From: Phoronis australis
Taxonomy: Eukaryota > Animalia > Phoronida
Assembly (NCBI GenBank): GCA_002633005.1
Contig: NMRA01000039.1
Location: 51,541 to 115,540 of the forward strand
Direction: 5' to 3'
Length of the DNA: 64,000 nt
Position 1 is the first letter of the stretch; each line of letters begins with the position of its first letter. Shown here in pieces: positions 11,969 through 22,969 of the stretch. Both the position numbers and the translations under genes were made by a program. The notes under the pieces are model-generated. The model was not told the origin of the DNA, ran no database searches, and was given only the letters and a program-made list of their open reading frames with translations.

Positions 11969-14900
11969 ATGACGCGAAACTTCCTAGAATATCAATTTCA
12001 GTATAGGAATTCTTGTCTCGGTTAAGAATTGTTTTTTTCGGCAGATTTGCTAATATCTTGTTAAGAAAGTGTGAAATACACAAGTCCAATCTTTCAATTC
12101 ACTTTAATAAACACCTACACTTGTTTACATCCTGCGTCAGAAATATAACTGGAAAAAGTGATTCTATTTTGGTAACGTGAAAATAGACGAAGATGGCCTA
12201 AGATTCCATGGAAATTAATTTAAAACCACTTTGCTGGCGTTTAAAAAATCGAAATTTGATTGATTTATACACTACTATACTTTTTGAAGTTGCGAATATT
12301 TTGATTTTTTGAAAGAACTTTTGAATGCCCTGCCTCCACGGGCCAAAATCAGGTACCCATTTTGACATAGATAGAGACCTATGTAATTCAAGCACGCAAA
12401 AGAGCTCACCAGGCACACATGGGTTCTGTGATAGCTGCAGCTCACGGCTCCATAAGATATATTTAATTTTCCTGACAGCAATTTTTTTAATTCTCGAATT
12501 TACACTTTAGCGAAGGCACCTAAACCCCTCTCACCGTTCCAGACTGACACCAATAGAAAACATGAAAATTTGATCCAAATTGGAAGTGAATCGTAATAAA
12601 AAGCCACACTATGTTGCATTTAACATAACCAGAATTGGTTCGATCGTTCTCTTAGCGAAATATTGCGCTATTGACATTTAGCAAAGAAACGGAATGAGGT
12701 TCACAAAATAAGTCACGCTCTGAAGCAAAATGGCGGTAGCCAGCGGTCCGCTGCGTTAACCTGCATCAGAGATATTGTCAATTACCTGAAAAGTGTACCA
12801 CATCACTTGGAAGAATCGGAGTTGATTGACAATACGGCATGATTGGGAGTGTGGGAGACAAAGGAACTAGCCACATTATTAGAACAAAAGATCATATGTC
12901 CAAAGCACCATCCGTGTGCTGTTTACTTCTGAGTTTTTGTTCAAGCTGGCACTGCCCGTATGGCAGTATCCAGGTTGTAAGGCTTACATTTGCAGGCTTA
13001 GGAATGCAAGGGATGTCCACCACTCAATCCCAGAAATGCGTCATCTGAACAACTTTTAACTTGAAGGTGAGCTACGCACATAGACAATTTTGATTGTTCC
13101 TGGTTTTCTAAGAAATCTCTATGTGATTAGTCATACCATCTGAGCATAAACTATAGACATTGTACATAGACAGCCAACTCCGTATTTTTCAATGGACGAA
13201 ATGTGAGGTCTTACGCACAAGACGTGACATCATTATTCACTAGTGACACCTGGCCGAATCATAGTCGGCTGTTGTATGGTCGGGTGTTCGTCCACACAGG
13301 TAAAATGTTAAGGACTAAATTTCCACACCACTGGAGTATGAATTTTCCAATACCACAACCATTAGCATTGTCGAAAATACTCACGATATCAGATGTTCTA
13401 CCATTGAAAGACTTTTAACAGTGTTTCAATGCCGAATGTTTTTTTTTCGTTGTACTAGACAGTATTTAGGACAGTGGCACCTCATCTTGGATGGCACTCC
13501 AGAAAATGTCGTTGCGAATCTGTTTTCTATAATCTATGATCTTAAAACCGGTTTCAGATATGTATGTGGTCTAAAATAAAAGTTAAATGTGTGATGGAAG
13601 GCCTGTTGCGTTTGTGGCCACGTTTAAGTTGAATATTCTTTCCTAGTTTGTTTTTTAAGAAGGGCTTGTATTATGATGGTTATAACTAAGTTACCTACAT
13701 CAAAGTGAAAATCGGTTGCTTGGAAAGCATATAGGATCGGGGATCGGATGGTTTTGGAAAACCCTGCTTCTGATTGCAAACCTGTGGAACTAATGGTATG
13801 TCCTGCAGCAGCTTCATTGAAACCTTTCACTAGTTTCAGTAATCGAAAGATGGAGATATTCCTGTGTCTAAAAGTTGGCTGTAACAGCACTTTTGCCTCT
13901 CGAAATGAACTCAAGCAGCAGGTTAGCATGGGCCAACATGATAAAACAGCCGAAAACACCTGAAGATCATGGCTACGATGTTGTGCGGAGATAGTAGGCT
14001 GCCAATGTCACTGGTATTGAAATAGAAGGTGAAGTTCGTGATCTAACTGCATGCTCGTTCAAACTCAATTTGACGCTAAAAAATCCATAACTTTGACATT
14101 ATATAACCTTTGCTAAGCATTTTAGTCACTGACTGTTCCTAGTTGATAAAATTGTCAACATCGAAATGCCCTGTTTGATGTTCTATATTACAACCCAACA
14201 AAAATTGAAGCTGTTGTGGAACATGCTACTCAACAGTCTATGCAGCCATGGCTTTGACATTAATTCCTACATATTTAGGCTCGGTTTTTCGCGGTGGAGT
14301 AATGTATCAATCAGACTACTCAAACTGCAAAACTCTCTCACTTATGAGCCCAGCATCTAGATTTGTAAGGTCATTTTGTGAATTCACAAAGCATGGCTAC
14401 CCATCCAAAAAGCATGACTCCTGCTCTTATATCCACTAAGAAACACAGGTCATGGACTGCAAACACAGCTTCGGTACCTATAAATACTCCTCACACACTC
14501 TTCCCTGAGTCATGCACATGATTCTTAGACACATGAGTTTTTAAACTGATTTTGGTTGCAAAATCCGTGTTTGGTGTGTGTGAACAGGGAACGGCTTACA
14601 ATCAAGTGTGTGAGTAGTGTTCACAAGTGTTTTGACTATTGTTGTTCAGGTAGCCTGCCAATGGACTAGATAACACATACTATCTTATTTATTTTTGCAT
14701 TCGCAGGTGTAAAAACGCACCCAAACAGCAGGAGAGTTACACAGCACACGGGGTGGGCTCTAAAGTCAGCACGAAGATTTGAAAGAATGACTGAAAACGT
14801 AAAGATGTTTTGACTGATGCGTTCAACGAGCTAAAAGCTATCCAGTGATGTGTTCTCAACAAACGAGAACTACAGGACACAGGCATAGAACTTCTGTTGG

Positions 14901-16528
14901 AGTATCTTGAGCAGTGCCCAGGTATATATCGTAATCATCTGGGTTACTGTATTCTTGCTGTGCACCTCATGGTGTCTATTACTATGAAGTAATATTGCTA
15001 GTGAGTTTGATTTCATGATTATTTCTGTCAAATTACTTTCACGCCGGCAGTGTCCCTTTAACTGTTGTTTCCAGGTTATTCGCAATCAACTCCCATTCGT
15101 CCAAGTGATGTGGTACGTTGACCCTTTTCAAGTAATTGACAATATCTCTGATGCAGAATAACGCAGCGGTTCACTGGCTACCGCCATTTTGCTTCAGACC
15201 GTAACTCATTTTGTGAACCTCATTCCGTTTCTTTGCTAAATGCCAATAACGCAATATTTCGCTAAGGGAACGTTCGAACCAATTCTGGTTATGTTAAATG
15301 CAACTTAATGTGACTTTTATTACGATTCACTTCCAATTTGGATCATATTTTTCATGTTTTCATTTGGTGGCAGTATAAAACAGTGACAGGGGTTAAGGTG
15401 CCTTCGCTAAAGTGAAAATTCGAGAATTAAAAAATCGCTGTCCAGAAAATTAAAGACATTTTATGGAAGCCGTAAGCTGCAGCTATCGCAGAACCCATGT
15501 GTGCCTGGTGAGCTACGTTGCGTTCTTGAATTACATAGGTCTCTATCTAGGTCAAAATGGGTACCTGTTTTTGATCCGTGAAGGCAGGGCATTCAAAAGT
15601 TCTTTGAAAATATCAAAATATTCTAAACTTCAAAAAGTACCTGTATAGTGGTGTATAAATCTATCAAATTTTGATTTTTTAAACGCCAGCAAAGTGGTTT
15701 AATTTCCATGGAAACTTAGGCCATCTTCAACAGTCGCGGATAATTTTTCATCGTTTAGTTGTTCGTTTTATATTTACAAAGTGAAGAAAGACAAAACTAA
15801 ATTTTATATTTTTGTATCCAATTCACCCCAAGTGATATGTATACTATATCAAATTTAAAATTCGTGACTTTTCATGTTCCCAGAATATTGCAAATTGCCT
15901 GACGTTCTCATGCAGCGACTCTTAATGTGTTGAATATGACCATTGGTCCGTTGATGCCATTCAATATTTGTGACGCTGTTAACAGCTCAGGTTGTAAAAC
16001 CTTTTGCAATTTATTATGTAGAAATCCAGTAAATGTTATTCCAACAGCTTAACAAAAATTTGCTGAAGAGACATGAAAAATATTACACTCTACCTTTTGA
16101 ATGTTCCGTAGACACCTTTTTGTTTCGATTGCAATACAAAAATCTTCATAGTAATTTGGTAACTGTTTTTGTATGAAATTAAGATAGCTGTTTCTGACTG
16201 ACAAATGCTCATTTTGTAAAGTTGAGACTGAAACTTAAGAACGCATTTTATGTATGTAAAACGAATTGACATGTCCTGTAAGAAGTAGAAATACGTGTAC
16301 TCGCGAGAGGAAATATCTATTTCCATGTTACCAAAATAGAATCACTTTTTCCTTATATTTCTGACGCAGGATGTAAACAAGTGTAGGTGTTTATTAAAGT
16401 GAATTGAAAGATTGGACTTGTGTATTTGACACTTTTTAACAAGTTATTAGCAAATTTCCCGAAAAAAATTATTAACCGATACAAGAATACCTAAACTGAA
16501 ATTGATATTCAATGAAGTTTGGCGTCAT
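11969..16528 (+). mobile_element. TTAA-flanked non-autonomous DNA transposon with ~870-bp TIRs and a Sola3-like transposase remnant
   Basis: ttaa|atgacgcgaaacttc ... gaagtttggcgtcat|ttaa. Arms are 11969-12835 and 15080-16528, with an extra ~590 bp at ~15729-16315 in the right arm. The interior at ~13720-14000 reads WKAYRIG, FLCLKVGCNSTFASRNELKQQVSMGQH and YDVVRR. Confidence 0.8.
13151..13538 (+). mobile_element. Short relative of the CATAGAC-ended THAP element at 34239
   Basis: gacagccaactccgtat..ttcaatggacgaaat and cattattcact..gacacctggc are shared with 34255-34345; a possible end is aatctatg. Confidence 0.5.
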
Positions 16529-16819
16529 TTAATATTTCCCTTCTTTAATAGTGGTTGTGAATTAAGCCGCAGTTTCCAATCCGTTCTTTAGTATATGGAA
16601 GTTTAGTTGAATCCGTTTGCAAGCTGTTGCGCATTAAAATTCCCTACTTTATGCATATAAAGGTCTTCGGTATTTAAAATTCTGTTTATGATAGAAAGCT
16701 TCTTAACAGGCAGAGAAGATTAGATTTGTTTTTGCGCATATGTTTCTGAGGTTAATGGACTTATTGAACACCGTTTTCCATCCTATGTCAATGTCCATGT
16801 CAAATCAATTCCAAGATTG

Positions 16820-17668
16820 AACTGCCAGTAACAATGTTATTTCAAACACTCTTACTTTAATATTATCATGCTATATTCGCCGACTTAAATAAGAGAAACT
16901 GTCGATTTAGGTAATTGGTTTGTTAAAGCTCAAACATACAAAATACAAACTCTGGATGGCACAAGCAAAAAATGACACGTCACCACGATTTCAAGTACAT
17001 TTTCTTATGAAAATAGATTTCATACTTTATATCTAAGGAAAACAATGAGAGCTAGTCAATCATGATCCAAATTCCTCCCAAACCTGATTTCAAATGGGAA
17101 GAATTGAAAACCTTCTCTAACCTGTAAGTTAGAATTATCAATCTCAGTAAACGCAATGTTTTGGTGACACGAATGCACATGTATTTCACCTCATTTGGGA
17201 GCTATCGATACAATTTAGTTACATCATTACTATTTTGTTTTTTGTCATTTGGGTCTACCCCAAATGCGTTTACCTTAGTAGCAAATGCAGGTTGATTACA
17301 ATTGTTTTGTTCTTTCAGCACCCTCGGTGGTTGCTTGGGAGTTAATTACCCAGTGTTTGTATGTTATTAGCTAATACCATACCACGTGATCTTTCCCGAT
17401 TTGTGTTATCATTTTGCAAAATATTTTGAAAGAGACCAAGCTCCTTTGATTGTTTGGGATGTGTTGACGAAAGTTTCGGACATGAAAACCTAACCGTGTG
17501 CATTGTTGCGGTTTCCAGCACCCAGCCTTCAATATGCGCATGTTTGATGGACTTATGCCTCATTTTCTCGGACATTCTGTCTCTCGGAAGCGGACCTTTT
17601 TGCCCACTTCGCCAAATGGGAGGCTCCTTCGAGCCCCCCGAGCCCCCCCCCCCCCGGGTGCGCGCATG
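16820..17668. repeat. Right arm of the ~1 kb inverted repeat (partner 7645-8676), ending in an internally deleted MITE copy
   Basis: Reverse-complement similarity throughout; ends gggtgcgcgcatg. Confidence 0.85.
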
Positions 17669-19296
17669 CCTTTATCCACCTAGCTACCGAGTCTACCCGT
17701 CTACTACAGAAATGCAAAGACTCAATGTTACAGCAAGACGATACTTTTCCTAAAGTAAAAATATTATTTATTTTGTGGACATTGATGAGGATTTGATTGC
17801 AGTTAACATGCACATGTCGAACAGACCTTTGATTTTTATATACTAAGCTTAAGCGACTTACCGGTATCGTTTCTATTCTAAAAATCATAATGAGACCGAT
17901 TTTATTACAGTAAGGAACCTTAAAATCAAATAATACTTTTTGTCAGAATATGCATAGTTTATTACCCCCATTAAAATACACACTTTGCCTTATTAACAAT
18001 CGTCGGCTCTACACCAACTTTGACGGGTGATTTCTACGCTACGGCCAGTGGTGTAAAGCAAAATAAAAGACAATTCCTCCGTATGACATTCTTGTACAAC
18101 GTCACAAAAATTTGACACTTGTACACAAATCTAAATTCTGACTAACCATCCACCCCATTGACTTCCTTGGGCCCCTTGGCTTAAACTTCGTCTACCTTAT
18201 AGTTATAAACCTTCACTGATTATATGTAAGCTCACCCCTTGGTCAGACCACCAATATTTTCCCGTTTCCCTAGCCAATTCCTCGCTACCATCATGAATTT
18301 CAATTTCGTTTCAAATGTCAAATCCTAACTACATGTAACAACAAGTAAAAAACAAATGTGTCACGAAACATGTTCAATCGAATCTATCACTGAGAATACA
18401 TAATCACGAGCACTGCTATCGTGGCTGCGTGCTGGAATACTTTGTATTGAAAATAGGTCACCATGTCGGTATTGATGTAGAATCTGCAGGAATGAATGAA
18501 AATCGACCCTATTTGACGAGAATAACACACGCACAATGTATTTATCCATTGGCAACTCGCAAACGTCAGGCCGCCCTGATACGAGATCCAAAGCAACGGG
18601 TATTTTTGTGCCACCTCCAATTGGTTTGATGCTGCCAAACTCTTAGACCTACTGCACAGCAGGAATCCTACTGAGGTCTTGCTAGACTGCGTGCTAGATT
18701 TACACGTGCAGGGCTAAGAGCCTTATGTGAGGTTACTTAACAATATTGTGATTTTATTCCATTTTTTTCTTCAAAGTTTGGGAAACCTGCCTGTGGTCTA
18801 TTGTGTCGTACGACGCTTCTACTCATAGGCGGATTTAGGGGGGGCCAGGGAGCCCGCCCCCAATCCCCCCTTGGCTGCTGCAAGAAACAGTAAGAACGTA
18901 GGGAAATTTTGAGTTTATTAATTAATCCCGGTAATTTACATTATACGGCTGAAACAAGATTTTAATGTGTGCAGTTTTATTGTGTTTGGGGGGGCTTAGA
19001 TCCTCTTTCAAGTGTCAAACACGGAACATGGCGGAATCGTAACGGAACTAGTGCTAAGTATAGGCTCTCCCGCGATATCCCAGACGACCGGCAGTGGCGC
19101 TGCGCACTACGACTCCGTTTCCGTTGTCTACTTCAGTGTGCAATGAAGAAAATTTTACTTCATTTTTTAAAGAAAATGGAATCTGAGTGACGATGAAAAA
19201 ACAGAAGCTGCTTGTAAGATGTGAATTTTACTGAATCGAAGCCTTAGTGAATCACTCAGAAACTCATAATTCTCTTTTTGTCAAACCTTAACTTAA

Positions 19297-20845
19297 AGGA
19301 GCTTGCCGCTCAAAAAACAACCTTATTTTGTATCAATTTAGATCGAGTAGTTCTACTCCATAAGGGTACGTACGGTTGCGTTACTTGACTTCTGACGGCA
19401 GACGGAGGTATTGAAATTCTCCAATGACGTAATTGGTTTCACACGCTGTCTGTTCAGCAGTTCACAACACGGGTTACTGGTGTCAGCTTATTGCTTGAAT
19501 TAATCGTTTGAAACCAATAAATCGTCAAACTTCGATGTAAAATCCTTAAAAATACACCGAGTTCTTATAAAAACGTGTTGTTTTATTTCGCTGTTACGGA
19601 TTTATTGGTGTTTGGACACACCGTAGCCTTCAAAGATCGGAAGGCTAATAAGGTCCGTAGCAGGAGTTTGGGGTCTGTTCGGAGATAAATTCTAAGTATT
19701 TTCCTTGAGATACAGACAGAAGAACCTAGATCTGTGTTGTTTAGACTTGTTATTTTTTTAGTTATAAACACACAAAACGATTGTTGCCCCGGCCAGTGGC
19801 TCGGAAGCCGATCCGTCAGACAACACGGACATAAACCATCCAAAGTCAAGAAATACTAGTCAGCTAAAGAAGTAAAGTGCACGTGATTATGTTTGTGAAT
19901 TAGCCACGATACTGCAAATCTACTTACTCGTCGGGGGTCGCGAAATCAGGTCCCACTTCGGGCCACAGAACCGTCACGGGTACATTGACAATCATTATTT
20001 GAATAATGTAAAGTAACGTAAATAAAGATTCCCCTAACACCTGGTCGTGGGATAGAAATCGAGTTGTTTCACAACAGTTTCTGTCGGCAAACACTGAATT
20101 AGCATGAGCTCGGCACGGTCTCGGTGTCCCGGCAATTAGTTTTATTGCACCTAAAGCCGGTAAGGCAGTGATTTATTCATTGCTGGCTTCTCAAATCATT
20201 TGCACACACCAACACTCCAAAGGGATTCCAAATTGTATCTAATGAGACAGACTTTGTTTCAGTTTCATATAAGTTTTGGTATAAGGGTGAGAATAATTCA
20301 TTTTGAAACAGAACGCTCAGTAATAAACGTCAACACGGCAACTCGCAATCCCGCCCTTAAACGAGCTCATCCCAACGAAGACTTTGCAGGTGGATCGGCA
20401 GTGATGAAGTAATACTAGAGAGGCGCCGTGAACAAGCTCAGACAACGGAACGTATGGATTGTTATTTGGTAAGCCGGCATTCGTCAGGCACTATTCCGCG
20501 ACACGGAGATGTTTCATGGCCTCATACTTGCTATTTACAGCGTAATTTTATTTCTTTACTACCGCGAGCCACTTCCTAAGCATTTCGGACTCTCGAGGAA
20601 GTCGAAAAAACGATACACCTGCTTTCCTCGCAGCTGCATATTTCGGACAAGCGGGAACGATGCACCGCAACATAGCGGCATTAACTCTGCAAATGAACCA
20701 CTGACGTCGCTGCATCGTTTCTCACCTTCCTCACAGGTGAACGCAACACCTCTCGGCAAGGTAAGGTCGACCGCATGCAAGGCGATGTGGATATAGACCG
20801 ATTAAGACGTCAAAAAAGACTAATTAAATCGGGTGGCCTTCTCCT
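19297..20845 (+). mobile_element. Complete ~1.55 kb non-autonomous TTAA element, family A (Kolobok-like)
   Basis: ttaa|aggagcttgccgctc ... gggtggccttctcct|ttaa gives short imperfect TIRs, purine-purine termini and a TTAA TSD. Partial copies at 6810-7644 and 38575-39537. Confidence 0.8.
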
Positions 20846-21065
20846 TTAAAACGATTACCAAAGCAATGTGTCATTAATGCCAACACAAAAAACGGATTTG
20901 GTCTTTCGGGCAATTGAAGAATATTCTAAATACAAAAAACTTGTTACGAACTGATTGCACAAAATATAAAAATTGTAATAACCATTACAAAAAGAAGTAG
21001 GTTTCCCGCGCAAACGCTGTGGACCATACACAAGTACGGTGGGACTCTTAGAATCAAAGTACGAG

Positions 21066-21140
21066 TGATATCGTAGTGGTGCAGTGGTAAAGCGAGCGCC
21101 TTTTCCGCCAGGTCGTGAGTTCGAATCTGTGGTAAATTGC
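21066..21140 (+). mobile_element. tRNA-derived SINE head
   Basis: A box tggtgcagtgg and B box gttcgaatc; no full cloverleaf. Confidence 0.55.
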
Positions 21141-21569
21141 ACTTTTTCAAGTTTGACACGTTCTCCGTGTTTTTTTTTTGTTTTGTTTTGTTTTTTCTTC
21201 GCCTTTTTTTCTTGGATAATTCTTCAGAAATCAAGTAAAATGCTTGTTTTTTAGAGCAAAAACAGAAAAATTTTCCTGGCCTCCCCCCATTCGGTTTATG
21301 CGCATCTGTATCGTGCTTTGCGCAAATGTTTACAGACAAAATGTTGGGCCCCCCTTGTGATATCCTAGATCCGCCACTGCTACTACCGTCAGGTTGCACG
21401 TCTAGGTTAAGTCGGGGAAGGGCAATATTTTGTGAGTTAGCCGTATTTATAAACTGAACGCTAGCGACTTAGAAACCCCTGGATGATTGAAAAAATACAA
21501 GAGTTACGTTACTTTGCATATTATGATTATTATTATTATTATTATTCGTGTTCACAACGAATCATGGAA

Positions 21570-21706
21570 TCAAAAGAGGCCACCACCACCACCACCTCAG
21601 AGGTCGCAGACTTTGGGACAATTCTTCGCCATGTAAGTCACGTCGTTCATTTCTTCAGTCTCCTTCAGGATTCCGATAGTGACAGTTTGTGTTGTTTTCC
21701 TTTAAA
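21570..21706 (-). pseudogene. Decayed terminal ShKT exon of the astacin gene
   Basis: Strong acceptor tttttcatttcgcag. One frame reads KENNTNCHYRNPEGD*RN and another reads TYMAKNCPKVCDL*GGGGGGLF*. This is ShKT Cys spacing with frameshifts and stops. Confidence 0.65.
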
Positions 21707-22699
21707 CTGCGAAATGAAAAAAACAATTTGTTTAACATTGAAGTCATTCCACTCATAAAATGCATACATAATATATTAAATCTTAGGTATATGAGTTAAA
21801 CCAGGAATCCTTTAAAGTGATTTTCAGTCCAAAAGTGCTGAATTAAAGGTAAGAGTTGTTAACTAAAATCAGAAAGTCGCCATGAAACAATCTTCAAACA
21901 ACAATTTAACACTAAGGTAGTTTTAATAATGGAAAGGTAAGTGAGAATCAAAACAGAGATACACTGCAACATTAACGTAAATGAGTTGTGAATAGAAATA
22001 ATATTACAAGGATAATCTGTCAACCGGGAGGACGTTTGGTGACTCTCAATTACAAGTCCCCATTGTAAAGGCTGGGTTGAATGTGTGACTTCCATCGACT
22101 TTGTGGAGGCGACAGACCACCAGCCCAGCAGTAAGTGCGATGATCGTAGTGTCCGCTTACAATTACATGTACATGTACATCTACAGTTATGGTTATTCGA
22201 AATGGCAGGGTTGACCAGAGCCGCAACAGTCGAGCATTTGTAAAATATTGCATAAAACGGATCCTCAAGAAATCCGTTGCCAGATAAATCGTGGCATTGT
22301 AGAAACTGTTAAAACAACGATAATATTTGTTGTTGGCTAAAATATCAGCACGAACTTTAAAATAAGCGCGTATGTAAACAAAGGCATTGTATCAATCGCC
22401 GTTTCGGTTTATTGTAACAGAACCATTCTCAAAACCGGCAAAACACTGTACAATCCAAAAACTATTTGATTAAATAGCAACTATCAAACCTAATGACAGA
22501 GGCTGTCATTAAATACGAAGACAAATTGCACGGAAGGCTGCTCAAACTATAAAAGCGAAGATAGGTTAAGAAAAAGAGAAGAAATAGGAATACACAAGTT
22601 AGAGGTAATGGCTCGTGAGATCTACGTAATAACTACATTTACCGCATTTTAAAGTTTGTTACTAGTTGTTAAATTATCTATCATATAAAATGTATTGTT

Positions 22700-22969
22700 C
22701 AACCAAACTCCGTCTCCCCTGGTTTACTACAGAACTTTTTGTGACCATTTCGGCACCGTCTTGGTCCCAGGTAGTTCCGGCTCTCTATGTAGATTCAAGG
22801 TGTTCCATTTTTTCTCGCGGTTCGTTTTTTCGTGGACGCGGAGGGAGGGTGGTAAGTCTCGTACTGGCCTTGGTGACGCCAGTCTGGCGGCTTAACGGCC
22901 TGGGTGATGTCAGTTCGTCGGCTTAACTTCGCTCTCTTCAGCTTCGGTCGCATATATGCTTCTTCGGAC
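22700..22969 (-). pseudogene. Possible decayed S/T/P-rich linker exon or alternative terminal exon
   Basis: GC-richer block after a gacag acceptor. The phase-1 frame reads GPKKHICDRS*RERS*ADELTSPRPLSRQTGVTKASTRLTTLPPRPRK. Confidence 0.3.

Noticed and set aside
6877-20796. Paralogous ~95-aa ORFs (6877-7173 and 20509-20796) as a small gene family
   Set aside because: They are copies of the same non-autonomous TE and show no recognisable domain.
21066-21140. Functional tRNA gene (also 31404-31470)
   Set aside because: A and B boxes are present, but there is no proper acceptor or anticodon stem; a SINE head fits better.
21570-21706. Selenocysteine-containing ShKT domain
   Set aside because: TGA at Cys positions co-occurs with frameshifts and loss of the conserved Trp; no SECIS was recognised by eye.
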